In this document: in pieces, positions 47,919 through 57,409 of the stretch
Numbering within the stretch: position 1 is the stretch's first letter
Layout of the letters: the number at the start of each line of letters is the position of its first letter
Source of the DNA: Candidatus Aenigmatarchaeota archaeon
GTDB lineage: Archaea > Aenigmatarchaeota > Aenigmatarchaeia > QMZP01 > QMZT01
Assembly (NCBI GenBank): GCA_963726265.1
Contig: CAVSBQ010000002.1
Location: forward strand, 608,001 to 672,000
DNA: 64,000 nt
Direction: 5' to 3'
Made by a program: the position numbers and the translations under genes
Notes under the pieces: generated by a model
Databases searched by the model: none
Seen by the model: only the letters and a program-made list of their open reading frames with translations
What the model was told of the DNA's origin: nothing

Positions 47919-48461
47919 TTATCGCCCCATTTTCCAAACTGCTATATCGCTGTGAATCGGACCTCCGGGTGTCAGGATGCTTGATTTCAGTTTCACCTCG
48001 TTCACGTTCATTTCACCAAAGTTCACGTTTTCGCGATTCTTTATCAGCATTGACAGTGAATCCAGATTCTTTCCTGATTTAACCCTCGCTATGGTCATGT
48101 GGGATGATGTGCTATTTTCGCCAAACTTCACGTTTTCATTCACTTTATTCATGAGAATCTTCATTTTGGCTTCACCGTCTTTGATGCCAACCCAAAGCGT
48201 CCTTATAAAATGAGATTTACCGAAATAGCCGATACCGTACATGGCTATGTTAAAGGGACATTCATTTTCAATGAATGCAAGCGATTTTTTAATAATCTCC
48301 ACTTCACATTCCTTCACTTCGCCGATGAATTTAAGTGTGAAGTGCATTTGTGCCGGTTCCACCAGTTTTAAATCCGACTCTGTCGATACAAGTTCTCTCT
48401 GTAACCTGACAATGGCATCTTTAAGGCCTTCGTCAACATCTACGCATATGAAACATCTCAT
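47919..48461 (-). CDS. thpR: RNA 2',3'-cyclic phosphodiesterase (2H family)
   Basis: MRCFI, HFTLKFIG, HMTIARVK, S.LTPGGP. Confidence 0.9.
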   Translation of the reverse strand: MRCFICVDVDEGLKDAIVRLQRELVSTESDLKLVEPAQMHFTLKFIGEVKECEVEIIKKSLAFIENECPFNIAMYGIGYFGKSHFIRTLWVGIKDGEAKMKILMNKVNENVKFGENSTSSHMTIARVKSGKNLDSLSMLIKNRENVNFGEMNVNEVKLKSSILTPGGPIHSDIAVWKMGR

Positions 48462-48607
48462 ATGAAATATAAACAATTTCTATATAAATTGATTTCACAC
48501 CACTCATTTGAATCATATTCTTTCACATAACTTCACGAAAAGCATTTAAATATAATTATGAATTATATGAAAATATGAACAAGAATATGAACTTTGGTGA
48601 AGGATAC

Positions 48608-49672
48608 ATGAAGTTGTTTAACTGGAAGGACAATCCCTTCAACTTCAAGATAATGCCGAACCTTTTCGTCGGTTACCCCAGAGAGACAGAAAAACTGGCA
48701 AACAGCATACACAGCAACCACAAAATCTCCATCCTCATAGGCCCCACCGGCTCGGGAAAAACAACCTTTCTCAGATTCCTTGCAAAAACATTTGAAAAAA
48801 ACAGGAAAATTTTTTACCTATCCAAGCCACCGAACAACCCGGATGACTGGGTAAAAATATTCACGAACTTCATAGGCCCCGGAACGATTGGAAGATTGTT
48901 TTCACGCACGAAAAACGTGAACATATACAATCTGAGCGAATGGACAAACAGCAGGATGAAAAACAAAAAAATGATATTATTTGTCGATGAAAGCCATGAA
49001 GCAAGCACGGAAACGTTGGAATGGCTGAGAACTCTCGCAGACCAGATAGATAATCTTTCGGTGGTAATTGCGGGCCTGCCTGTTCTGGAGACAATGCTCG
49101 TGGACAAGCTTGAAACCTTCATGAGAAGATCGAACCTGAAAATCGAGCTCACAAGCCTGACAAAATCGGAGACAAGAGAACTTATCAAAAAGAGGATAGA
49201 ATGGGCAGGCGGCGAGGACATAAAACCCTTCACTTCGGAAACCGTGGAGCGCATATATGAAAAAACAGGCGGCTTCCCCAGGGAAGTCATAAGAATGTGC
49301 AACGACCTTGTGCAAAAGGCCATAGAAGAAAACATAACATCGATAGACATGGATTTCCTCGGCGATTCTGATTTTCTCATGCATGCTGCGCACAGGCACC
49401 ACCACAGGATCCCGCTCAGTTCGCTGGACTCCATGCCGTCGAAACAAAAAAATATTATTGAGATATTGTGGAAATACGGAGAACTTACTCCGGCCGAGAT
49501 AGTCGATAAAATGGACATGGATGATTACAAAAACAAGGATAATGCCATACGCTCCATAAATAACATCGTTAAAAGACTCGTTAAAGACGGCACCATCATA
49601 AGAAAGCGCAGAGGGAAAAGCTATCAGTATCTGCTTTCTGACAAAATGAGAACTTTAATGGTGCACGCATAA
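48608..49672 (+). CDS. AAA+ ATPase (ExeA/AAA_22-like) with C-terminal winged-helix domain
   Basis: NPF, GPTGSGKTT, LFVDESH, IAGLP, TGGFPRE; C-terminal wHTH LTPAEI..VKRLVKDG.I.R..RGKSYQY; GGTGA RBS. Confidence 0.8.
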   Translation: MKLFNWKDNPFNFKIMPNLFVGYPRETEKLANSIHSNHKISILIGPTGSGKTTFLRFLAKTFEKNRKIFYLSKPPNNPDDWVKIFTNFIGPGTIGRLFSRTKNVNIYNLSEWTNSRMKNKKMILFVDESHEASTETLEWLRTLADQIDNLSVVIAGLPVLETMLVDKLETFMRRSNLKIELTSLTKSETRELIKKRIEWAGGEDIKPFTSETVERIYEKTGGFPREVIRMCNDLVQKAIEENITSIDMDFLGDSDFLMHAAHRHHHRIPLSSLDSMPSKQKNIIEILWKYGELTPAEIVDKMDMDDYKNKDNAIRSINNIVKRLVKDGTIIRKRRGKSYQYLLSDKMRTLMVHA

Positions 49673-49724
49673 ATTTAAATAAGCTGCCCATATTATAAAT
49701 ATCATTATCGGGGGAGGGTTTTTT

Positions 49725-49988
49725 ATGGCGGAAGAAAGAGTGCGAAGCAGGGACCTTGTAGGCAAGATTCTGATTTCAGAGGAAAGCGGGAAGAAATTCG
49801 GCGTTGTTGGCGACCTTGATTACATAGTTGAATCCGGCGAGCTGATAAACCTGGTTCTCGTTCAGCCGACGAAACACGCAAGCGAACTTAACCTGCAGGA
49901 AGATGACAAAGGCAGGACGCTTGTCCCGTTCTCTGCAGTCAAGTCGGTCGGGGATTTCGTCATCGTATCCGAAAAGGATATAATCTAA
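49725..49988 (+). CDS. PRC-barrel domain protein (archaeal CdpB-like)
   Basis: LVGK.L....G...G.V.D....SGEL, VPFSAVKSVGDFVIV. Confidence 0.85.
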   Translation: MAEERVRSRDLVGKILISEESGKKFGVVGDLDYIVESGELINLVLVQPTKHASELNLQEDDKGRTLVPFSAVKSVGDFVIVSEKDII

Positions 49989-50059
49989 AATACGCCCTTC
50001 CGATATTTTCTATATTTTTAGATATAGATTTAAATTTTGACCCAGTCAAATATATAATC

Positions 50060-50362
50060 ATGGCCGGCAAAGACTACTATAAGAAAACCATAAAAAACGT
50101 TATGCAGATATTCAGTCTGCTCAAAGAAGCCAATGCAAGAAACGAGCTTCTTACCGTATCAAAAATTTCAAAGCTTACGGGTCTGCACAAATGGACCGTA
50201 TCCCGGACTTTGGATTTGTATATGTCGCCTTATGTCGAAATAACAATTCCAGAAGGCTTCGATGACGTAGGACTCAGGATTAAATTCGTGCGCCTGAAAA
50301 ACAAAAACATGACAAGGGAGCAAGTGCTGAGGTTTCTGAATATCAGAAGTCTCACTTTTTAG
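50060..50362 (+). CDS. Small HTH DNA-binding protein
   Basis: [21 protein letters not shown]. Confidence 0.7.
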   Translation: MAGKDYYKKTIKNVMQIFSLLKEANARNELLTVSKISKLTGLHKWTVSRTLDLYMSPYVEITIPEGFDDVGLRIKFVRLKNKNMTREQVLRFLNIRSLTF

Positions 50363-51326
50363 AGCCTTCTTCTACATCCCTCACGCCCTCGCCTAGGACC
50401 CTGAAAACTATTTCGCCCTCAGGCAGGTTTGGCGAGTCTATGAGCTTCGCTATCCTTTTGTCTTCCTTGGATTTCCTCAGATAAACTCTGTAGGTAGCTT
50501 GGTGGCCGACTATATGACCTCCTATGGGAGTGGTCGGGTCGCCGAATAGGACGTCGGGCCTTGACATGACCTGATTGGTCACGTAGATGGCAAGATTGTA
50601 GACGTCAGCAAGCCTCTGCAGCTTGTGCATGTGCCTGTTAAGCTTCTGCTGGCGGTCAGCAAGCGTTCCACGACCGGTGTAATCGGACCTGAAGGCCGAT
50701 GTGAGCGAATCGACCACTATAAGCTTGACGTTTTCCTTCTTGATGAGCTCTTCGGCCTTCTCGATGAGAATCACCTGATGGTCAGAGTTGTAAGCCCTCC
50801 CCACGAATATGTTTTCCATCACTTTATCCGGGTCAAGATCAAGACCTTCTGCCATCTGCTTTATCCTTTCAGGCCTGAATGTCTGCTCGGTATCTATGAA
50901 TATGACCTTTCCGTCCAGCCCGCCCCTTTCCCGTGGAAGCTGCACGGTGACCGAAAGCTGGTGGGCAAGCTGGGACTTGCCCGAGCCGTATGCGCCATGC
51001 ATTTCTGTTATTGCCTGAGTCTCGACGCCACCGCCAAGCAGTTTGTCCAGCTCTTTTGAGCACGTGGTTATTTTTCCCAGGCTTTCTCTTTTGATCATGA
51101 CGTCCTTCGCTGTTTCGAAACCCATCTTGAGCTTCTGTCTAGCTCCGGCTATTATTTTGTTTGCAGTATCAACGCCTATGCCCGTTGCCGCGACAAGCTC
51201 GCCGGCCGAAGCGGCAGCTATACCCATTAGATTATCATAACCGGCTTCTATGAATTTTTCAAGGGTTTTTTCACCGACTCCGGGAAGACTCTCTATATCC
51301 TTATTGACGTCCGTTTCTTTTGCCAT
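50352..51326 (-). CDS. radA: DNA repair and recombination protein RadA
   Basis: LPGVG Hh[41 protein letters not shown]. Confidence 0.96.
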   Translation of the reverse strand: MAKETDVNKDIESLPGVGEKTLEKFIEAGYDNLMGIAAASAGELVAATGIGVDTANKIIAGARQKLKMGFETAKDVMIKRESLGKITTCSKELDKLLGGGVETQAITEMHGAYGSGKSQLAHQLSVTVQLPRERGGLDGKVIFIDTEQTFRPERIKQMAEGLDLDPDKVMENIFVGRAYNSDHQVILIEKAEELIKKENVKLIVVDSLTSAFRSDYTGRGTLADRQQKLNRHMHKLQRLADVYNLAIYVTNQVMSRPDVLFGDPTTPIGGHIVGHQATYRVYLRKSKEDKRIAKLIDSPNLPEGEIVFRVLGEGVRDVEEGSKK

Positions 51327-51355
51327 ACCAACACCTCACACCAGGGGTTTATATT

Positions 51356-52381
51356 TCATTTGGGTATTTTAATTTTCAATGCGTCTATTTTTGCGAGCAG
51401 GCTCTCGGATTCCTCCCTCGGTTTTATCTCTTCAGCGTCGTTTGCAACAATTTCCAGTTTTTCCGAGAACTGGTTTTTCTTCACTCTGCCTTTTATCATG
51501 AATTCCCTGCCAAGTTGTATATTTTCATAAATTTCCGTAAGCTTTCCGGTCTTGGCATTTTTCAGGTCCTTTGCGGCATCGCCGACAATCTTTTCGGCCA
51601 GCTCCCTGAAGAAAACGACGCGTATATTGCCGGTTCCGTCATCAAGAACACCGGAAACAACAAGATTGCGCTTCGGCTCGACCTGGCCGTGCTCCTTGCA
51701 TTTCCATACATTCCCATCATTCTCCAGCCGCGCCTCGCATTTGGGACACACGTCGTAGAAGGGAGTCCTTTCAAACACCTGAACAAGCGAGGCCCTGACC
51801 TCGCAGTATTCCTCCTCTTTCAGTTCGGAGATGTTTTTTGTCTTGAGTGAATCGAAACTGTCCTCCATCTCGCTTATTGCCGGCATTTCCTCATCCGATT
51901 TAGCCATCCTGCCGAACCTGCCAAGGTGTATTTCGATCTCGCCTCTCCCGTTCTCCTTGATATAGCCGTTCCTTATGCTTATCACGTCGCCGCTGTTTAC
52001 ATCCAGCTTGCTGATCCAGTCTATTTCGCTGTCCCAGAGCGGAAGCCTTAGCATCCCCGTTTCGTCGCCAAGCATGACATTAACAACACCTCTCGTTTTA
52101 CCGTCCCTTTCGAAATCCCTCCGGTTCGATATCCTGACAACCCTTCCCATGACATCAACCGATCGCATGCCTACGGTGACGTTTTTTATTTTCAGCCGGC
52201 GGTTGGGCACGTCTTTCACGAGGTTCACTCCGAGTTCCTTGCCGACAATGTAGGCAGCCCCTTCGGGCGAAACAAGGCCAGAGAGTTCCAGCAGCTTATC
52301 CTCTATTTTTTCATTTACTTCATGCTCGGCCAGGCCGGATGCCCTTGATATTTCCTTTACCATATCCTTGAATGAGAACAT
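51356..52381 (-). CDS. rpa: Replication protein A large subunit (OB folds, Zn finger)
   Basis: LGDETG..RL.LW, CPKC..CKEHG, LDDGTGNIRVVFF. Confidence 0.85.
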   Translation of the reverse strand: MFSFKDMVKEISRASGLAEHEVNEKIEDKLLELSGLVSPEGAAYIVGKELGVNLVKDVPNRRLKIKNVTVGMRSVDVMGRVVRISNRRDFERDGKTRGVVNVMLGDETGMLRLPLWDSEIDWISKLDVNSGDVISIRNGYIKENGRGEIEIHLGRFGRMAKSDEEMPAISEMEDSFDSLKTKNISELKEEEYCEVRASLVQVFERTPFYDVCPKCEARLENDGNVWKCKEHGQVEPKRNLVVSGVLDDGTGNIRVVFFRELAEKIVGDAAKDLKNAKTGKLTEIYENIQLGREFMIKGRVKKNQFSEKLEIVANDAEEIKPREESESLLAKIDALKIKIPK

Positions 52382-52457
52382 ACTAAACCCTGAGTAAAGA
52401 TTGAGAATTAAGTATAAAAGTTTATGTTTAAACGCCATTCTGCAGGTTTCTCGGATT

Positions 52458-54137
52458 TCAGTCAATGACCCTGAGACCAGTGTAGGATTGCAGGATTTTG
52501 GTCGCTTCCTTCGCCCTGGTCTTGAAAGGCGGGACGTCTTTCGTCACCCATTCGGTGATTATGGAAGGTTCCTTGTAGTAAAGGTTGATCAGCTTTGCAA
52601 CATCCTCGAAATTCGTCACCCCGAATTTCCTCATCCACTCGAGGATTTTCTCTCTGCTTCTCAGCTCCCTGAGCATTTCCTCATGCGTGACGCCCTTTTC
52701 AAAGGCCATTTTTTTCAGGACATATGACTCTTCTATGTTGGCCGAATAAGTGTCCGTCGAGGGGTTCCATGTAAAAACCTTTATGATATGCGCCGTCCCG
52801 GTCTTCGGATCCAGCGATTCTACCTCATCCAGTTCCTTTAGCCTCCTCGCAGACTTGCCCCTTTCCTTGGCGTGTATCATGACCACCACAAGGTCAAGCG
52901 TTTCAATAAGGGTCGGTGACAGTTCAATCGGCGGCATTTCCAGGCGCTTTATCACGTCCTCAACAGAGCCGGCGTGTATCGTCCCCATGGACGAGTGGCC
53001 GCTCGCCATGCCCTGGAACATAACATACGCTTCCTTCCCCCTCACCTCGCCGACTATGACGTAATCGGGATTCTGCCTGAATGACTCCTTCAGCAGCTCG
53101 AAGAGTGTGACCTCGCCATAGCGTCTCCCCCCGATTTCAGGCACGCCAAAGCCAACCCTCGAAACGCTCGGTATCCAGTTCTCATGCTGCAGGTTCAGCT
53201 CACGGGTGTCCTCTATGGAGACGATTTTGTCCTCCGGAGGGATGAACATGCTCATGACATTGAGGAATGTCGTCTTGCCGGTTGAAACGCCACCGCATAT
53301 GAGCGTCGATGCGCGCGATTCTACCATCAGCCAGAGGTATGCCATGATTTCGGACGATGCGGTGTTGAAGTTTATCACGTCTATCGGAGAAAACGGCTCG
53401 ACCCTGAACTTGCGTATCGAGAAGGTCGGGCCTTTCGTCGTCACGTCCTTTGCGAGCGTGGCCTGCACCCTCGAGCCGTCCGGCAGCGAGCCGTCGAGCA
53501 GGGGTTTCGCATAGGATATGTATCTGCCGCAGCGTTCAGACAGCTTTATCACGAAATTGTTAAGGTAGTCGCTGTCCTTGAATGATATGTTCGTTTCGAT
53601 GGAGCCGAATTTCCTGTGAACCACGAAAACCGGTATATCAAGGCCCGTGCAACCTATATCCTCGATATACGGGTCGTGCAGAAGGCCTTCTATATCGTTG
53701 AAGCCGACAAAATCCCTGTATATGAAATAGATCACCTTGATATACGTTTCATTCGGCAGCTTCATGTTTTCTTCCTCCAGGATTTTTTTGAGCTTCGCTT
53801 CAACGTATTCCATGACCCTGCCGCCGGCCTTTATCACAGAAAGCTCCACGTCAATCGTCTCAAGCAGGTCTTTCTTTATCACTTCAAGTATTTCATTTTC
53901 GCTTCTGGAAAGCACGGGCTCTATGACATCGTAAACGAGACCTTTCTTTTGCTGGTCCCATCTTATGTGTGCATAAACAAACGGCTCGATAAGAGGGTAT
54001 TTTATGTCCGTTTCAGTGGTTCTCTGAGATGAAGGGAAAACAACAAGGTTTTTGGGCTCTTTAATTTCGACATGGGGGTATTCCGTCTTCTTCCCCGCAT
54101 TTTCTATTCTTTTCCTCAAGGCTCCCCTAAAACCCAT
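52458..54137 (-). CDS. Type IV pilus/archaellum assembly ATPase (FlaI/PilB/VirB11 family)
   Basis: DPYIEDI, LPDGSRV, FSIRKF, GGVSTGKTT, SIEDTRE, RQNPDYVIVGEVRG, GH..MGTIHA. Confidence 0.92.
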   Translation of the reverse strand: MGFRGALRKRIENAGKKTEYPHVEIKEPKNLVVFPSSQRTTETDIKYPLIEPFVYAHIRWDQQKKGLVYDVIEPVLSRSENEILEVIKKDLLETIDVELSVIKAGGRVMEYVEAKLKKILEEENMKLPNETYIKVIYFIYRDFVGFNDIEGLLHDPYIEDIGCTGLDIPVFVVHRKFGSIETNISFKDSDYLNNFVIKLSERCGRYISYAKPLLDGSLPDGSRVQATLAKDVTTKGPTFSIRKFRVEPFSPIDVINFNTASSEIMAYLWLMVESRASTLICGGVSTGKTTFLNVMSMFIPPEDKIVSIEDTRELNLQHENWIPSVSRVGFGVPEIGGRRYGEVTLFELLKESFRQNPDYVIVGEVRGKEAYVMFQGMASGHSSMGTIHAGSVEDVIKRLEMPPIELSPTLIETLDLVVVMIHAKERGKSARRLKELDEVESLDPKTGTAHIIKVFTWNPSTDTYSANIEESYVLKKMAFEKGVTHEEMLRELRSREKILEWMRKFGVTNFEDVAKLINLYYKEPSIITEWVTKDVPPFKTRAKEATKILQSYTGLRVID

Positions 54138-54147
54138 CAAAACACCG

Positions 54148-54402
54148 CTATCGCCTTTTCTTTATTATCCTTCTGTGCCTTGCGCATGATGGACATGCAT
54201 AAATCTTGGTGGAGAACAGCGAAAGGTTTCTCCCGCCCAGATCCTTTCTGAGCGATGGATCGGTGATTGAAAACCCCCTGTAAACAGGGAAGGTCTTGTA
54301 TTTAGGGACCATCCTACCGCAAAAACCACACGTGACGTTGGTTTCCTGTCCCCTGTTTTTGGTGTGGTGCCACCCTCTTTTGTAAAACTGCTTTCTCGAC
54401 AT
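54148..54402 (-). CDS. rps26e: 30S ribosomal protein eS26 (S26e) homolog
   Basis: Basic N-terminus, V.CGFCGRMVPKYK, DP.L, K.YACPSCARHRRIIK; GGTGA RBS. Confidence 0.75.
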   Translation of the reverse strand: MSRKQFYKRGWHHTKNRGQETNVTCGFCGRMVPKYKTFPVYRGFSITDPSLRKDLGGRNLSLFSTKIYACPSCARHRRIIKKRR

Positions 54403-54511
54403 TAGTTTCACCTGCCGAATATTTTGCTATCCCGCCGAATAATAATATATTAATTGTTCCTATATAAGAAAAATTTAAATATAAAACATCATAGTTTCCT
54501 GGAGGGGTTTA

Positions 54512-55918
54512 ATGAAGCAAAAGATGAAGCAGCTTTCTGCTTACGAGTGGGAGCTTGACAAAAGCGTCAGGCCAAGGATGAACGTGAAGGCCAAGATAAT
54601 AGGCAACAGGAAGGTCATAGACGGCCTCGAGGCGGCTGCCATAGAGCAGCTGACGAACGTTGCCTGCCTGCCGGGCGTGATAGAGCCGGTCATAGGCCTT
54701 CCCGACATGCACTGGGGCTACGGCCTGCCCATGGGCGCGGTAAGCGCGTTTGATTTCGAGAACGGCATAATCTCTGCCGGCCTGTGCGGCTTCGACATAA
54801 ACTGCGGCGTGAATTCGATAAGAACGAACCTGACTTATGAGGAGGTCAAGCCAAGGCTGAGCGAGCTCATAGCCTCGCTTTTCAAGACGATTCCCTGCGG
54901 CGTTGGAGCTAAAGGCAAATTGAAACTGACGCACGCTCAGCTTGAGCAAGTTCTTACCAGAGGAATAGACTGGGCGATAGAAAACGGCTATGGCGTAGCG
55001 CAGGACAAGGAACACATGGAAGAAAAGGGATGCATGGAAGGCGGAGACCCGGGGAAGGTTTCGGACCTCGCGAGGCGACGTGGTCTCGAGCAACTGGGAA
55101 CGCTGGGCGCAGGCAATCATTTTTTGGAAATACAGAAGGTTTCTGACATATATGACAGTCACGTCGCCGGCAAGTGGGGCATTGAAAAACCGGACCAGGT
55201 TCTGATAATGCTGCACTGCGGCTCCCGCGGCTTGGGCCACCAGGTTGCGACCGATTACCTCAAGATACAGGAAAAAGCCGCCGATAAATACAAGATATGG
55301 CTTCCGGACAGGCAGCTGGCATGCGCTCCGGCGAAGACGCCTGAGGCGCAGGACTATTTTGCCGCCATGAAATGCGCCGTGAATTATTCGTTCACGAACC
55401 GCCTCGTCATGACGCAGTGGATACGCGAGACTTTCGAAAAGGTCTTCGCCCGCGATTGGGAAGCCATGGGCATGCACACGGTTTACGGCCTCTGCCACAA
55501 CGTCGTGAAAATAGAGGAGCATACAATAGAAGGAAAAAAACGGAAAGTTTATGTGCACAGGAAGGGCTCGACGAGGAGCTTCCCCGGCGATCCGGTTCTC
55601 ATTGCAGGCACGATGGGCACATCGAGCTACATCCTGAAAGGAACGGAAAAGGCGATGGAAAAGACGTTCGGCTCGACCGTCCACGGCGCAGGCAGGGCGA
55701 TGTCGAGGAACGATGCGATAAGAAAATTCTGGGGCGGCAAGGTGAAGGAAGACCTCGCGAAAAGAGGCATCATCGCGCAGGCGACGCATCCGACCGTCCT
55801 TTCCGAAGAGGCGCCGGATGCATACAAGAACGTCGATGACGTGATAGAGAGTGTGCACGGCATCGGCATCTCGCTAAAGGTCGCGAAGGCGCTCCCGATC
55901 GGCGTGTGCAAGGGATAG
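54512..55918 (+). CDS. rtcB: RNA-splicing ligase RtcB
   Basis: PDMHWGYG, GFDINCG, LGTLGAGNHFLE, HCGSRG, HN, VHRKGST, HGAGR, EEAPDAYK. Confidence 0.96.
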   Translation: MKQKMKQLSAYEWELDKSVRPRMNVKAKIIGNRKVIDGLEAAAIEQLTNVACLPGVIEPVIGLPDMHWGYGLPMGAVSAFDFENGIISAGLCGFDINCGVNSIRTNLTYEEVKPRLSELIASLFKTIPCGVGAKGKLKLTHAQLEQVLTRGIDWAIENGYGVAQDKEHMEEKGCMEGGDPGKVSDLARRRGLEQLGTLGAGNHFLEIQKVSDIYDSHVAGKWGIEKPDQVLIMLHCGSRGLGHQVATDYLKIQEKAADKYKIWLPDRQLACAPAKTPEAQDYFAAMKCAVNYSFTNRLVMTQWIRETFEKVFARDWEAMGMHTVYGLCHNVVKIEEHTIEGKKRKVYVHRKGSTRSFPGDPVLIAGTMGTSSYILKGTEKAMEKTFGSTVHGAGRAMSRNDAIRKFWGGKVKEDLAKRGIIAQATHPTVLSEEAPDAYKNVDDVIESVHGIGISLKVAKALPIGVCKG

Positions 55919-55938
55919 AAAACACGTAAAAACGCGGA

Positions 55939-56349
55939 TTAAATATCAAGACTCACAGTCGCCTTTAAGCCGTCTTTCGTCTTTTCGATGTTGAACTTGT
56001 AATAGGTCACGGCCTTGACCAGCGTGCCCCCTTTTCGCGGATCGGAAGCCTCGCCGTAGCATTTCGCTATCAGACGCTTGCCATCGATTTTATTGATTTC
56101 GAACTTGGAAAAGAACAGGTTCTCGATGTCAACCATTTCTATGATTTTCTGCAGCCAGTTGAACAGCAGGTCCCTTTCGTCCTCGCCGCTGACCTCGACG
56201 CTCTTGGACAGCAGCGGCGCCACCGTGTCCATCTGGCATATGACGCTCATGAGGGCGAGACCCGCGTTTTCGAACAGCTCTTTTTTGCCTTCGCCGTATG
56301 CTTCAAACACGACGTCCGAAGTCATATCCTTGAGAAACCTGAATTTCAT
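55939..56349 (-). CDS. Archease
   Basis: TSDVVFEAYG, ELFENA, LFNWL, VKAVTYY, terminal LDI. Confidence 0.92.
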   Translation of the reverse strand: MKFRFLKDMTSDVVFEAYGEGKKELFENAGLALMSVICQMDTVAPLLSKSVEVSGEDERDLLFNWLQKIIEMVDIENLFFSKFEINKIDGKRLIAKCYGEASDPRKGGTLVKAVTYYKFNIEKTKDGLKATVSLDI

Positions 56350-56403
56350 AAAGACAATTACAGTTAAGGTAAATAAAAACAAGGCAGGCGATGAACAGCT
56401 GTT

Positions 56404-56844
56404 CTAACCCGGCCTGAAGCCAATACCCTGTATGTCGTATTTGCCTACCTGGTCCTGTGCGCCTTTGCATTCCATAGACTGGACCAAGACCTGCTTCAGG
56501 GTATCGTCTGAAAGGACTGATATGGTTTTTATGTCCTGATACGAGATGTTCAGCGTCTCGAACTTTTCAGCGGTCACGGTCTCATTGTTGTATATCAGTC
56601 TCACTGAAAAGCCATGCAGAGGCACGTCGCCGGTATTGAACATGGCAAGTGCAAGGGTCTGCGTAGCGTTGTCGTAATACGCCCGTTGTATCAGCAGCTG
56701 CGCCCTCGAGCAGAACTGCAGCTCCGAGCGGCTCTGCGTGACAAACTGGGTCGCCCATCCGGCGAGAATCCCAGCGACTATCATCGTGAACGCTATCAGC
56801 ATTATAACCGATATCAATGGCGAAATACCCTTTTTCATCTTCAT
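56404..56844 (-). CDS. Archaeal type IV pilin
   Basis: KKG/ISPLISVIMLIAFT; FNTG; TGATG coupling to upstream pilin. Confidence 0.88.
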   Translation of the reverse strand: MKMKKGISPLISVIMLIAFTMIVAGILAGWATQFVTQSRSELQFCSRAQLLIQRAYYDNATQTLALAMFNTGDVPLHGFSVRLIYNNETVTAEKFETLNISYQDIKTISVLSDDTLKQVLVQSMECKGAQDQVGKYDIQGIGFRPG

Positions 56845-57323
56845 CACTCCCTTGTTATAGTCGAAGTTTCGGCCGGAAATGCCGGACATGCCGCATTAAG
56901 GACCTTTATCCTGTCGGCCGTTCGTCCAAGATTCGAGCCGTAATCCCCGCTCATGCTTATTATTACCACGGCGGAACGCTGTTGTTTCAACGGGTTGGAC
57001 TGCGTTATGTTCGGACTTATCCTGTATCTGGCGTCGCTGTAATTGTAAACCACCACGTCGGTCAGGTTCATTATCTGGACGCTGAGGCCGTATATTTCCA
57101 CGGTTCCGTAGTTCGTCAGTATTATAGTCATGTTGCTGCTGGCCGACGAAAACGTCGCCGAATCGATTTTGTAATTGGTGCTGGTCGCGCAGGCGCTGCT
57201 TACTTCCTGCGTTCTCGTTCCTATGAAGTGCGTTATCCACGAGGACAGCATCACCCCAATCGCAACGGTTATCCCTATCAGCAGGACGCTCGCTATTATC
57301 GGGGATACACCTTTCATGCCCAT
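56844..57323 (-). CDS. Archaeal type IV pilin
   Basis: MKG/VSPIIASVLLIGIT; TNYG. Confidence 0.88.
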   Translation of the reverse strand: MGMKGVSPIIASVLLIGITVAIGVMLSSWITHFIGTRTQEVSSACATSTNYKIDSATFSSASSNMTIILTNYGTVEIYGLSVQIMNLTDVVVYNYSDARYRISPNITQSNPLKQQRSAVVIISMSGDYGSNLGRTADRIKVLNAACPAFPAETSTITRE

Positions 57324-57409
57324 ATATATAAGTTTGAGACGGCTTTAATATATATTTTAAATAAAAAGCCATAAAGATTAATCCTTATTGGCAACGGCAG
57401 GGTGTTGGC

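Noticed and set aside
54509..55858. 449-aa minus-strand ORF
   Set aside because: Antisense shadow of rtcB
54512..56349. rtcB-archease as a novel RNA repair system
   Set aside because: Well-known tRNA ligase partnership; only the convergent orientation is slightly atypical
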